Shown: positions 10,412 to 20,602 of the stretch, one piece after another | Position numbering within the stretch: the first letter of the stretch is position 1 | Layout: each line of letters starts with the position of its first letter | Assembly (NCBI GenBank): GCA_963845535.1 | Contig: CAWJSK010000012.1 | Span: 192,001-256,000, forward strand | Length of the DNA stretch: 64,000 nucleotides | Origin: an uncultured Spirochaetota bacterium | GTDB lineage: Bacteria; Spirochaetota; Spirochaetia; SZUA-6; Fen-1364 | Reading direction: 5' to 3' | Made by a program: the position numbers and the translations under genes | The notes under the pieces: model-generated | Database searches by the model: none | What the model saw: only the letters and a program-made list of their open reading frames with translations | What the model was told of the DNA's origin: nothing

Positions 10412-11525
10412 TTGAGGCTCGCAAAATTTCCGGACAAAAGAATTTGTTTGTGGCATAATCTTGCTCATGGAGAGGGGAAAAAAGAGGCTTGAAAAATTAC
10501 GCAAACGCCGCGAGAAGGCCGTTGCGCTCTTCGAGCAGGGTGAACGCCAAGCCGCGGTGGCTTTGCACTTGCGGGTCAGTCGCCAGAGCGTCAGCGAATG
10601 GTGGCAGGCATGGCATAGCGGTAACATCGCTGCCCTGGAGGGGGCAACAAGAGCCGGGCGAAAGCCCAAATTGGAGAAGGAGCAACTGGCGCTGGTGGAG
10701 AAGGAACTGCTGCGTGGAGCGACGGCTCATGGATACGCAACGGATTTGTGGTCCCTCCCTCGTGTGGCCCAGCTCATCAGTAGTGTGACAGGGGTAAGCT
10801 ATCATCCGGGTCACGTGTGGAGAATCTTGCGCCAGATGGGGTGGAGTCTGCAGCGCCCGACGCTGAAAGCAAAGGAAAGAGACGAAGAAAAGATTACTCA
10901 GTGGAAGACTCAGAGATGGGAAGAGGTAAAAAAAAACGCTAGCCTCTGGCGCGCATGGGTAGTTTTCCTTGATGAAAGCGGCCTTTCGCAGAAGCCTCCC
11001 GTGAGACGGACCTGGGCGCCACGAGGCAAGACACCCGTGCTCTGTCATACCTTTAATTGGAAGAAACTGTCTATCTGTGCGGCCCTCGGCTATCGATGGG
11101 ATGGCAAAGAATCTCGGCTTTTCTTTCGCATTGTTGCTGACAGCTTCAACGACGAGAAGTTGAGCGACTTCCTTTCACAGCTTCGCAAAGAGTTCCTTCG
11201 GAAGAAAGTTATTCTGGTCTGGGATGGCCTGCCGTCTCACAGAAGCCGCCGCATGACCAGTTATTTGAAGCAACAAGACAAATGGCTGACCGTTGTGCGC
11301 CTTCCCGCCTATGCCCCTGAGCTGAACCCGGTTGAGAGTGCTTGGGCGAATATCGAGGGCCAAGAGTTAGCCAACCGATGCGCCGATGACCTGGGAGGAA
11401 TGGTAGATGGAGTGCGCGATGGATTTTCCCGAATCCATTCACAAAGCAACAGTCTTCCCTATTCTTTCCTCAAACATGCAGGGATTTCATTTGACTGAAA
11501 CGTCACCTATTTACGCGAGGCTCAA
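10412..11525 (+). mobile_element. IS630 family insertion sequence, copy 1 (1114 bp)
   Basis: Imperfect terminal IRs TTGAGGCTCGCAAAA / TTGAGCCTCGCGTAA; TA duplicated at 10410-11 and 11526-27. Confidence 0.95.
10461..11498 (+). CDS. IS630 family transposase
   Basis: HTH domain plus DDE motifs FLDESG, VWDGLPSH and LPAYAPELNPVE. Confidence 0.95.
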   Translation: MLMERGKKRLEKLRKRREKAVALFEQGERQAAVALHLRVSRQSVSEWWQAWHSGNIAALEGATRAGRKPKLEKEQLALVEKELLRGATAHGYATDLWSLPRVAQLISSVTGVSYHPGHVWRILRQMGWSLQRPTLKAKERDEEKITQWKTQRWEEVKKNASLWRAWVVFLDESGLSQKPPVRRTWAPRGKTPVLCHTFNWKKLSICAALGYRWDGKESRLFFRIVADSFNDEKLSDFLSQLRKEFLRKKVILVWDGLPSHRSRRMTSYLKQQDKWLTVVRLPAYAPELNPVESAWANIEGQELANRCADDLGGMVDGVRDGFSRIHSQSNSLPYSFLKHAGISFD

Positions 11526-11869
11526 TATATGAGGGGTGGAATGAACATCCAAACGAATGGCAAGCGCTTCGCGGGTAACAATGCTGCAGATGAGGCGGAA
11601 TTGAAGGAAGCCTTGTCGGTTCTCGAGTCCGAGGGATTGATAGAGGAATCTGGTAGGGAGTCTTTCAAGGTCACAGCGGAAGGACATCGCTTGGCCAAAG
11701 GATAGGTCAGCGAATCCTATGATGCAGTCACGATAGAAAAGATAATCAGCCTCCTTGAAGAGACAAGACACGAGATGAAAAAGCCTGCGACGGATGAAGT
11801 TCTCGACAGCCTGAAGTCAAAGATAGAAGCCCTCAGGTAACTGTTCAGCGATGGCTGGAATACAAGGGG

Positions 11870-12078
11870 GACGCTACGGGCTTCCCTCGCCCCCCTTGCC
11901 GCCCCCCCCCCTCCCAGCCCCACCCCCCCTGCTTACCCCCCGGCTAAGGTACCCTATGGTCGTCTGGGAGGGGGAGGCTCAAAAGGGGGGCTTCGGTGGC
12001 GGTACGCTCGCTACCGCCAGCCTTCCGCTGCGGGTGGTGAGTGGTGCTGGTGTGCTGGCGCACGAACCGGAAGGGCCG
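11870..12078 (+). repeat. ~210-bp GC-rich structured repeat, copy A
   Basis: Closely matches the reverse complement of 19033-19274; internal stems CTCCCAG/CTGGGAG and TGGCGGTA/TACCGCCA. Confidence 0.9.
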
Positions 12079-12306
12079 CAACTTCCTTGAAAACTAACGG
12101 ACATTTCGGTGCTCTGCTGCGTTCCTCGAAAAAGACGCTCATTTCAGCAGCCGCCCAACAACGAACGCTTGCGCCGAGTCGCGCTGTTCTTAGACCTCCG
12201 AATTACGTATAATGCGCATCCGCAGCCGGAGTCGGTAGCTATTTACCAGAGGCGGACATCGTAGGCGGCGCGATTACGACGTGCTGGATATGTTGATCAA
12301 TCGGAA

Positions 12307-13089
12307 ATGAACATGGGGACACCGAAAACGAAAACGCATTCGTCAGGAATAATCTCTTGGCCTGAGGAAGAACGCCCACGCGAGCGGCTGCTCTCGCGCG
12401 GCCCCCAGGCGCTGACCGATGCCGAGTTGGTGGCGATACTTATTCGCATAGGCTTCCAAGGAACCAGCGCGGTTGAATTGGGGCGGCAACTTCTGAAGCG
12501 CTTCGGTTCGCTAAGCGGAATGGTGGAAGCTCCGATTCTCGCTCTCTTGAAGGTCAAGGGATTGAAGGGCGCTAAGGCGGCTCAATTGCTGGCCGCGATG
12601 GAAATCGCCCGCCGCGTCGTAGTGCCTGCGAAACGAAGCGAACTTCAGTTCAAAAGCACAAGTGTGACAGCTGACTATCTCGCTAATCGCCTTCGGGGGC
12701 TTTCCGACGAGCATTTCCGCGTCCTCTATCTGAACCGTCGAAATGCGCTGCTGGATGATGCGCTAATTGCACAAGGTGCGGCCAATTCGGTTTATCCGCC
12801 GCTACGGAATATCATCGCGCGTGCACTGCAACTGAATGCCAGCGGGTTAGTCGCCGCGCATAACCATCCTTCAGGTTCAGCGGAACCGAGCGAATCCGAC
12901 CGTCTGCTCACTAAGGATCTCATTGCCGCCGCTCGGCCGCTCAGCTTGCGGCTGCTGGATCATGTTATCGTAGGTGAGGGGGTGATCTTTAGTTTTGCCG
13001 ACAGCGGTCTACTTGACGAGCTGGAGCTCGAATGTTTGGCCCCGCTAGATACTAAGAGAAACCGCAAGCTAAAGAAGGAGGCCAACTGA
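12307..13089 (+). CDS. radC: RadC family JAB-domain protein
   Basis: PEEERPRERLL..G..AL..AEL, an HhH region, and HNHPSGSAEPSESD...LLDHVIVG. Confidence 0.93.
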   Translation: MNMGTPKTKTHSSGIISWPEEERPRERLLSRGPQALTDAELVAILIRIGFQGTSAVELGRQLLKRFGSLSGMVEAPILALLKVKGLKGAKAAQLLAAMEIARRVVVPAKRSELQFKSTSVTADYLANRLRGLSDEHFRVLYLNRRNALLDDALIAQGAANSVYPPLRNIIARALQLNASGLVAAHNHPSGSAEPSESDRLLTKDLIAAARPLSLRLLDHVIVGEGVIFSFADSGLLDELELECLAPLDTKRNRKLKKEAN

Positions 13090-14822
13090 GATGACGCCAG
13101 AGCAAGGCCAAGAACTGGTCCGCCTGATACAGCAGGGCGAGGAGATCTCCCCGGAATGGGCGCGAATTCTGTTCCCGCCGGAGAAGCGAGAATATGAGCT
13201 GGTGTATCACGGCAAGGAGCGCGAAGAAGACATTCAGGCGAATACACTGGCCGTACCGCTGCAACCGGTGCGCACCTTTGGCAAGAATGGTGGCAATAGG
13301 CACAACATGCTTATTTTCGGCGACAACCTGCAGGTGATGAAAAGCCTGTTGGAATTGAAGAAGTCTGGCAAACTCTGCAACGCTGACGGAACACCTGGCG
13401 TACGGCTTGTTTACATCGATCCACCATTTGCAACAAAACGGGATTTCTCGGGAAAACAGGAGGAGCGGGCGTACGAAGACAAAGTGGAAGGATCGGCTTT
13501 CGTTGAGTTCCTGCGAAAGCGGCTGGTTCTCATTAGGGAACTTCTCACTGACGATGGATCCGTGTATGTCCACCTCGACCAGAAGAAAAGCCACTACATA
13601 AAGGTCATCGCTGATGAACTGTTTGGTGAGCACAATTTCCGCAACGAGATCGTGTGGCGAAACACGAACTCCCACAGTAAAGCAGCAACGTTTGGGAGGA
13701 TACACCAAACAATACTGTTCTTCTCAAGAGCGCAAAATCTCCGCTTTCATAAGATCCGTCGTCCACCTTTTAAAGACTACATCGGCCAGAATTTTGATGT
13801 TGGCCAGGACGGCACGCTGGTCTCGAAAGCTGATTTGACCGCTGAGGGAGTTCGCAGGGGCGATTCGGGCAAGGAATGGCGGGGGTATGATCCAACGTTG
13901 CGCGGAAGACACTGGGCTATTCCCGATTTTGTCTATGACCTGCTGGAGGAGGATATCACAGAGTTACCTCTTCTCAAGAAGCTGGACCACCTGCGGTCGA
14001 AGGGGATGGTCTACTTTCCAGATAAGGATGGCGGGCAGCCGCGAATCTTGCGCCCGCTGACCGATAGCGTTGGCAATTTTCTGATGGATCTGTGGTCATA
14101 CCAGCCTTACACAAATGGAATCTACGAAAAGAGCGACGAGGGGATTGATGAAGATGTCGGCTGGTCGATATCGAAGTTCGAACGCACAGGATACCCGACA
14201 CAAAAACCGGAAGGTTTACTCAGCAGGGTGATTCGTTCCTCAACGGATGAAGGTGACATCGTTTTAGACGCATTCGCCGGTTCCGGTACGGCCTGCGCCG
14301 TGGCTGAGAAGCTGGGGCGGCATTGGATCGGTATTGATTGCGGGAAGCTGGCCATCTACACGATCCAGAAGCGAATGCTAAATTTGAGGAGGGAAATCGG
14401 CAACAAAGGCCCTGCTCTTAAACCCAAGCCTTTCGCGCTCTACAACGCGGGTCTCTATGATTTTTCAAAACTCAAGGAGTTGCCGTGGGATTCATGGCGG
14501 TTCTTTGCCCTTCAGCTATTCCAATGCCGGGATGAGGGACACAAGATCGGCGGGATCGAACTGGATGGCTACCTCAAAGGGGCCAGCGTACTTGTCTTCA
14601 ACCACCAGAGGCAGCCGGGAGCCCGGATTGACGAGGAGACCGTCCGCAGCTTGCATGAGGCGCTTGGGACAAAGGTCGGCAGCCGTCTCTTCATCATCGC
14701 CCCCGCACTAACATTCGATTTCCAGCAAGACTACCTCGACCTCGACGGTGTACGCTACTACGCGTTGCGCATCCCGTACTCAATCATCCACGAGCTGCAC
14801 CAGCGGGAGTTCACTGCGCTTA

Positions 14823-15936
14823 TTGAGGCTCGCAAAATTTCCGGACAAAAGAATTTGTTTGTGGCATAATCTTGCTCATGGAGAGGGGAAAAAAGAGGCT
14901 TGAAAAATTACGCAAACGCCGCGAGAAGGCCGTTGCGCTCTTCGAGCAGGGTGAACGCCAAGCCGCGGTGGCTTTGCACTTGCGGGTCAGTCGCCAGAGC
15001 GTCAGCGAATGGTGGCAGGCATGGCATAGCGGTAACATCGCTGCCCTGGAGGGGGCAACAAGAGCCGGGCGAAAGCCCAAATTGGAGAAGGAGCAACTGG
15101 CGCTGGTGGAGAAGGAACTGCTGCGTGGAGCGACGGCTCATGGATACGCAACGGATTTGTGGTCCCTCCCTCGTGTGGCCCAGCTCATCAGTAGTGTGAC
15201 AGGGGTAAGCTATCATCCGGGTCACGTGTGGAGAATCTTGCGCCAGATGGGGTGGAGTCTGCAGCGCCCGACGCTGAAAGCAAAGGAAAGAGACGAAGAA
15301 AAGATTACTCAGTGGAAGACTCAGAGATGGGAAGAGGTAAAAAAAAACGCTAGCCTCTGGCGCGCATGGGTAGTTTTCCTTGATGAAAGCGGCCTTTCGC
15401 AGAAGCCTCCCGTGAGACGGACCTGGGCGCCACGAGGCAAGACACCCGTGCTCTGTCATACCTTTAATTGGAAGAAACTGTCGATCTGTGCGGCCCTCGG
15501 CTATCGATGGGATGGCAAAGAATCTCGGCTTTTCTTTCGCATTGTTGCTGACAGCTTCAACGACGAGAAGTTGAGCGACTTCCTTTCACAGCTTCGCAAA
15601 GAGTTCCTTCGGAAGAAAGTTATTCTGGTCTGGGATGGCCTGCCGTCTCACAGAAGCCGCCGCATGACCAGTTATTTGAAGCAACAAGACAAATGGCTGA
15701 CCGTTGTGCGCCTTCCCGCCTATGCCCCTGAGCTGAACCCGGTTGAGAGTGCTTGGGCGAATATCGAGGGCCAAGAGTTAGCCAACCGATGCGCCGATGA
15801 CCTGGGAGGAATGGTAGATGGAGTGCGCGATGGATTTTCCCGAATCCATTCACAAAGCAACAGTCTTCCCTATTCTTTCCTCAAACATGCAGGGATTTCA
15901 TTTGACTGAAACGTCACCAATTTACGCGAGGCTCAA
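14823..15936 (+). mobile_element. IS630 family insertion sequence, copy 2 (1114 bp)
   Basis: Same IRs as copy 1; TA at 14821-22 and 15937-38; near-identical to copy 1 (at least two substitutions seen). Confidence 0.95.
14872..15909 (+). CDS. IS630 family transposase
   Basis: Protein identical to 10461..11498. Confidence 0.95.
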   Translation: MLMERGKKRLEKLRKRREKAVALFEQGERQAAVALHLRVSRQSVSEWWQAWHSGNIAALEGATRAGRKPKLEKEQLALVEKELLRGATAHGYATDLWSLPRVAQLISSVTGVSYHPGHVWRILRQMGWSLQRPTLKAKERDEEKITQWKTQRWEEVKKNASLWRAWVVFLDESGLSQKPPVRRTWAPRGKTPVLCHTFNWKKLSICAALGYRWDGKESRLFFRIVADSFNDEKLSDFLSQLRKEFLRKKVILVWDGLPSHRSRRMTSYLKQQDKWLTVVRLPAYAPELNPVESAWANIEGQELANRCADDLGGMVDGVRDGFSRIHSQSNSLPYSFLKHAGISFD

Positions 15937-16400
15937 TAAGCAGCCATCCGACGAACTGGCGGTGAACGACACAGTAGAGGCAGTTGGCTTCGACTTCATC
16001 CGCACGCCGGAGTTGCACCGCACATGCGGCAGCAGCAAACGCAAGGGCGAGCAATTGGCAGAAGCCTTCATCCGGATCAATACCTTCAAAAGCGAGGCGG
16101 TAGTGCGGGAGCCTATACGGAAAAAGGGTAACCGCGAGACGCTTTCGATGGTGATGCTCGACTACGATTACGATGGCGATATGTTTGATCTTGATGCCAT
16201 GTTCTATGCCGACGCGATTGCAGAGGCGGGCTGGGAGGTGCGGTTTCCTGTGGAGTCGCTCGGGCGGCAAGTGATGGCCGTTTTCGTGGACATCTACGGG
16301 AACGAAACGCGCGAGTTGATCGCGGCAGCGCAGTTTGGCATCAAGAACGACAGAGCGACGGCGCCCGACAAACGAAAACAAAAGCGGAATTAGATCAATC

Positions 16401-18974
16401 ATGAACATACGAGGCGACCGGCGCACCTTCCGCAACGAAGACCTTGTCCTGAAAGTCAGCCCGGACATTGACCCCAAAGTTTGGGATGAATCGAAGTATG
16501 AGGAGTTCTTTGATGAGTTGTGCGGAGTGCGAGAATACCAGAAGCAGGCTCTCCGGACGACCTTGCGCTACCTGCTTGGCGGTAAATATGCCGACCTGCA
16601 AGCGCTGGCGAAGGAAAACTTCGAGCGAAATTTGGAACTGAACCAGCGCTACGGTTCATGGTCGGGCATGGAGCGGCATTTGCAGCTGCCGGATAAATTG
16701 TCGTGCTCAATTGACCAGGCGACAGGCACGGGCAAGAGCTACGTGTTGTATGGCCTAGCGGCGACTCTGCTCGCGGAGGGCGCGGCAGATCGTGTGTTGG
16801 TGCTTTGCCCCTCGAATACGATCGAAGCAGGGTTGCTGACCAAATTCAGGGAACTGGCAGCGACCGGCGACTTACGCGACCTCTTGTCCGACGATGCTAG
16901 GGTACGGACGCCCAAAATCATTAACGCCTCCGAAAGCATTGTGGATGGTTCGATCTGCGTGGAGAACTACCATGCGATTCTTGAAAACGTGAGGTCATCC
17001 ATCCGCGACAGCCTCAAAGGCCAGGGCGCACGGGTCGCGGTGCTTAACGACGAGACACATCATGTGGCCAACGAATCGGGGATGGCTGCAAAGCGATGGA
17101 AGGAATTTCTTGTCAACCCGGAATACGGCTTCCGCTTTATCGTCGGCGTCTCGGGTACCTGCTATGTGGGGGACGACTACTTCGCAGATGTGGTGAACCG
17201 ATACTCGTTGCGGCAAGCGATTGAGGAAAGGTTCGTGAAAAGTGTCGAGTATGTAGCAGAGATGCCCGATACGGAGAATCCGGACGAGAAATGGCAGCTA
17301 ATCTACAACCGGCACCAGGATTGGAAAAAGAAACTCAAAAAACGCGGCATTCGGCCACTTACCATTACCGTGACAAGGGACATCAAGACCTGCAAGAGGG
17401 TAGCAGAGGAGTTGCAAGGGTTTCTTCAGGATTGGGAAAAGATCCCCGCCGAGCAGGCCGAAGCAAAAGTCTTGCCCGTGACTTCGGCCAAGGAGCACCA
17501 GCCAAACATTGCGCGACTTAAACAGGTCGACAACCCGGCAAGCAGGGTGGAATGGATTGTCTCGGTGTCTATGCTGAGCGAAGGTTGGGACGTGAAGAAC
17601 GTGTTCCAGATCGTACCACACGAGGAGCGAGCGTTCAACAGCAAGCTGCTCATCGCCCAAGTACTTGGCCGCGGTCTTCGGCGGCCCGACAACTGGCAGG
17701 GTGAGGACCCCATCGTATCGGTCTTTAACCACGATGCTTGGTCGGGACGCATCAAGCACTTGGTCAACGAGATACTGGAGGTTGAACGGCGGCTTACATC
17801 GAGGGTGGATCCACGCTCGCCCTACAATTTCGAGCTGCACAATCTGAACTACGATCGCATGGAGGACATCAGCGAATACACAAAGAAAGGCGAATATCGC
17901 CTTCTGGAGGAAGGGTTCGTTGAACTCCCCACCCAAGTGGAGGCCGAGGATGTCACAGTGGAATTCGAGCGCGCTGTGAGCGGCGATCATGTGAGTTTCA
18001 AGACGCGCATCGAACACAAGATTTTTACCGTTGAGGAAGTTGCAGAGCAGATGTTCCAGCGGCTGAAGTCCATTGACGAGGAGTCAAAAGACGCGGAAAA
18101 CCCAAGAGACCGAACGCATTACGGCAAGAAGTATCCCTTTGAGAAATGCGAAGTCATTGTCCGAGAGTCTCTTAAGCGCGCCAAGATACGGGGCGACAGG
18201 ATCACCGACGAAAACCGCCAGAAGTTCTTGCAGGCCCTCGGCACGCTGAGGCGGAAAATGGCAAAGCGCGTGGTTTACAAGCTTTCCCCAAAAGCCCTGC
18301 TGACGCTGAGCACCGCCGAGCGGCAGGCGGAAAGTTGCAGTGCTGCAGAGCTCCGGCGATGGTCGAAAGCCATTTTCTACACTTCCGGATGCGTGAACAC
18401 TCTGGAAGACGAGCAAAAGGAGTTCTTTCAGGAAGTCGAAGACCCAGACGGCGATTTCGTCAACGGCCGCATTCGCGTAGAAAACTCCAACGATTTCAAG
18501 ACGCCGGCAAACTTCGTAATTGCCGACGCTACGCCGGAGCGAAAGTTTGTACGCGACCTGACTAGCCGGGAGAACTCTAGCGAGCTCGATGGTTGGCTGA
18601 AGAACACCCCTGTTGGATTCTACTCGCTGGAGTACGCATGGAAGAAGGGCAATAAACCGAAGCGAGGCGAGTTCAGCCCGGATTTCTTTATCAAGCAGGG
18701 CAATTGGATCTTTATCACGGAAATCAAAGGGGACGAAGAGATTACCGACGTTTCGCCGGAAAACGTCAAAAAGCACGAATACGCAACGGAGCACTTTAAG
18801 CGGCTGAACCGGTGGCTGAAGAACGTAGGTGCTACAATATGTTATCAGTTCAACATGGTGACGCCCAAGGATTTCGGCAAGTATTTCTCAAAGCTTAGGG
18901 AACACCAGTTGGAGGGCTTCAGGTCGGAGCTCGATGTCAAGATCGTGCAAGCAGAAAAAATCGGAATGAAATGA
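16401..18974 (+). CDS. res: Type III restriction endonuclease Res subunit
   Basis: REYQ, QATGTGKS (Walker A), DETHH, EGWDVKNVFQI, QVLGRGLR, and C-terminal PDFF...EIKG nuclease motif; directly downstream of mod. Confidence 0.92.
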   Translation: MNIRGDRRTFRNEDLVLKVSPDIDPKVWDESKYEEFFDELCGVREYQKQALRTTLRYLLGGKYADLQALAKENFERNLELNQRYGSWSGMERHLQLPDKLSCSIDQATGTGKSYVLYGLAATLLAEGAADRVLVLCPSNTIEAGLLTKFRELAATGDLRDLLSDDARVRTPKIINASESIVDGSICVENYHAILENVRSSIRDSLKGQGARVAVLNDETHHVANESGMAAKRWKEFLVNPEYGFRFIVGVSGTCYVGDDYFADVVNRYSLRQAIEERFVKSVEYVAEMPDTENPDEKWQLIYNRHQDWKKKLKKRGIRPLTITVTRDIKTCKRVAEELQGFLQDWEKIPAEQAEAKVLPVTSAKEHQPNIARLKQVDNPASRVEWIVSVSMLSEGWDVKNVFQIVPHEERAFNSKLLIAQVLGRGLRRPDNWQGEDPIVSVFNHDAWSGRIKHLVNEILEVERRLTSRVDPRSPYNFELHNLNYDRMEDISEYTKKGEYRLLEEGFVELPTQVEAEDVTVEFERAVSGDHVSFKTRIEHKIFTVEEVAEQMFQRLKSIDEESKDAENPRDRTHYGKKYPFEKCEVIVRESLKRAKIRGDRITDENRQKFLQALGTLRRKMAKRVVYKLSPKALLTLSTAERQAESCSAAELRRWSKAIFYTSGCVNTLEDEQKEFFQEVEDPDGDFVNGRIRVENSNDFKTPANFVIADATPERKFVRDLTSRENSSELDGWLKNTPVGFYSLEYAWKKGNKPKRGEFSPDFFIKQGNWIFITEIKGDEEITDVSPENVKKHEYATEHFKRLNRWLKNVGATICYQFNMVTPKDFGKYFSKLREHQLEGFRSELDVKIVQAEKIGMK

Positions 18975-19032
18975 ACACGTGCAAATTGTCTTCGCAACGA
19001 GAAAGAGCCATTCACGCCCACGGGCCGGCGTA

Positions 19033-19274
19033 CGGCCCTTCCAGTTTGTGCGCCAGCACGGCAGCGCTACTCACCCCCGCAGCGGAGGGCTGGCGGTAGT
19101 GAGCGGAGGCGAAGCCAGGGATGGCGGAGCCGGAGCGAGCGTACCGCCACCGAAGCCCCCCTTTTGAGCCCCCCCCTCCCAGACGACCATAGGGTACCTT
19201 AGCCGGGGGGTAAGCAGGGGGGGAGGGTCTGGGAGGGGGGGGCGGCAAAGGGGGCGAGGGAAGCCCGTAGCGTC
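19033..19274 (-). repeat. GC-rich structured repeat, copy B (inverted relative to A, with a ~35-bp hairpin-loop insertion)
   Basis: Reverse complement aligns with 11870-12078; extra segment CTCCGGCTCCGCCATCCCTGGCTTCGCCTCCGCTCA. Confidence 0.9.
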
Positions 19275-19295
19275 AACCGGATGCGACCAGTCGCT

Positions 19296-20099
19296 TCACT
19301 GACCGGACCAGAAGGGGTCCCCTACACCTCCGGCCACCGGAAAGTGATCGCACCGCTTACGGACGTACAACAGCCTGTTGCTGGGCTGAACGGTCTGACG
19401 ATTTCCGTCGTATTCAAGATAGACAGCAGGCCAATCATGCTGACTCCAAGGGGTCAAGAGACCAACGAAGATGCCAACAGCAAGAGAAGCGAGCACACCG
19501 TTTGGCCATATGACTTGTGGACGGCTCCCTGCGGCGCCGTACCGGGCCGCCTCCTTGGAGAGCAAATCCTCATTCAGGAAACCGAGGCATTGCATACACG
19601 GGGCACCTGGCATCGAAAGAATGACCTGTCCTGATACGACGTAACCATCGGTTCCCTCTGATACATCCATGCCGATATCGATGTACGGAATAAGCAGCCG
19701 GCGACAGAACGCCTCAATGTCCCACCGGGCTGCGTAAGAATCCACGCATCCGAAAACCACCGCACAATCGTGCACACTAAGCGATTCCAGCTGCCATGGC
19801 GCGGCGACGCAGACCACCCGCGCAGACGGATTGATGCTTTTGATCAACCTTAGGGCCACGGTCGTCTTCAGCGTACCTGATTCGGAGTCAGCAGCGGTGC
19901 CACCCACAAGCCTGTTAAGGTTACTTTCCTCCACTTTGTCGGGATCGCAAATGACGAAGTCACACACGCCGATGTGCGCGAGCTGCTGAACCACGTGCGA
20001 GCCACCCCCGCCCAAGCCGATGACTCCTACCCGAACTGAACTCAAGATTTCGTCGCTTCGAATTCCAAGAAAGCTCTGACGAGATAGACGCTCGCTCAT
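19296..20099 (-). CDS. E1-like ThiF/MoeB family adenylyltransferase of the Ubl operon
   Basis: GVIGLGGGGS, DPDKVEESNLNR, GCVDS..AR, PCMQC and C-terminal CDH. Confidence 0.92.
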   Translation of the reverse strand: MSERLSRQSFLGIRSDEILSSVRVGVIGLGGGGSHVVQQLAHIGVCDFVICDPDKVEESNLNRLVGGTAADSESGTLKTTVALRLIKSINPSARVVCVAAPWQLESLSVHDCAVVFGCVDSYAARWDIEAFCRRLLIPYIDIGMDVSEGTDGYVVSGQVILSMPGAPCMQCLGFLNEDLLSKEAARYGAAGSRPQVIWPNGVLASLAVGIFVGLLTPWSQHDWPAVYLEYDGNRQTVQPSNRLLYVRKRCDHFPVAGGVGDPFWSGQ

Positions 20100-20602
20100 G
20101 CCCAGTCCCTCAACAGCGTCATTGGGCGGCCCACCACGTCGAAGTCACTTATTCTGATCGGCTTACGATTTGCCTGTACCCAGCAAAGACCGGCCGCCGA
20201 GTCCATGCTTAGGACCAGCGCTCCATGGGGGTACTCCGGACGCACGTGCCAGAAGTCCGGCATGAACTTGCGGTTCTCGCGAAGATCAGTAGAGCTGAAC
20301 CAAGGTCTGCCCTCATGCTCATGGACATGCACGTGAAACATTGACCTTTTGAGGCCGTAGGCCAGTTGCAAGGCCTTTCGGATTGCATCCGCACCCATCA
20401 TGGCGCCAACGCTCTGGTCGTCGATATAGTCCTGATCGGCCACCGGATGATACTGAGAGGCCAAAACCATGATCCCCCCTTTCGAGCGAGCAACTCCACA
20501 GGAAAGGAAACCCACCCGCTCTGCCGCGAACGCGTGTGGGCGCGCAAGATCCTGCCGGACCTCCTGGAGAAGAGAGGAGGTCATTTTGAATAGGATTTTC
20601 AT
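20096..20602 (-). CDS. JAB/MPN-like metallopeptidase (Ubl processing/deconjugating)
   Basis: AERVGFL glutamate and HVHVHEHEGRPWFSSTD (HxH...SxxD); ATGA overlaps with both neighbours set the start at 20602. Confidence 0.82.
   Translation of the reverse strand: MKILFKMTSSLLQEVRQDLARPHAFAAERVGFLSCGVARSKGGIMVLASQYHPVADQDYIDDQSVGAMMGADAIRKALQLAYGLKRSMFHVHVHEHEGRPWFSSTDLRENRKFMPDFWHVRPEYPHGALVLSMDSAAGLCWVQANRKPIRISDFDVVGRPMTLLRDWA

Larger units (their letters stand above)
10335..11705 (+). pseudogene. 84-aa winged-helix-like gene interrupted by IS630 copy 1
   Basis: AAGGAGG RBS and ATG at 10335; removing the IS and one TA restores [40 protein letters not shown]...LSVLESEGLIEESGRESFKVTAEGHRLAKG*. 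Confidence 0.8.
13091..16393 (+). pseudogene. mod: Type III R-M methyltransferase (Mod) interrupted by IS630 copy 2
   Basis: GDNL, YIDPPF, YPTQKPE and DAFAGSGT (beta-class order); removing the IS restores ...HQREFTALKQPSDELAVN... in frame to the stop at 16393. Confidence 0.9.

Noticed and set aside
12150..12270. Possible attC site (GCCGCCCAAC...GTAGGCGGC) or dif-like site (ATGCGCATTAT) upstream of radC
   Set aside because: The right core lacks GTT, no convincing inner L boxes or XerD arm are present, and there is no integrase in the window.
10412..15936. Composite transposon carrying radC and the 5' part of mod
   Set aside because: Each IS630 copy has its own TA duplication within a separately restorable gene, so these are independent insertions.
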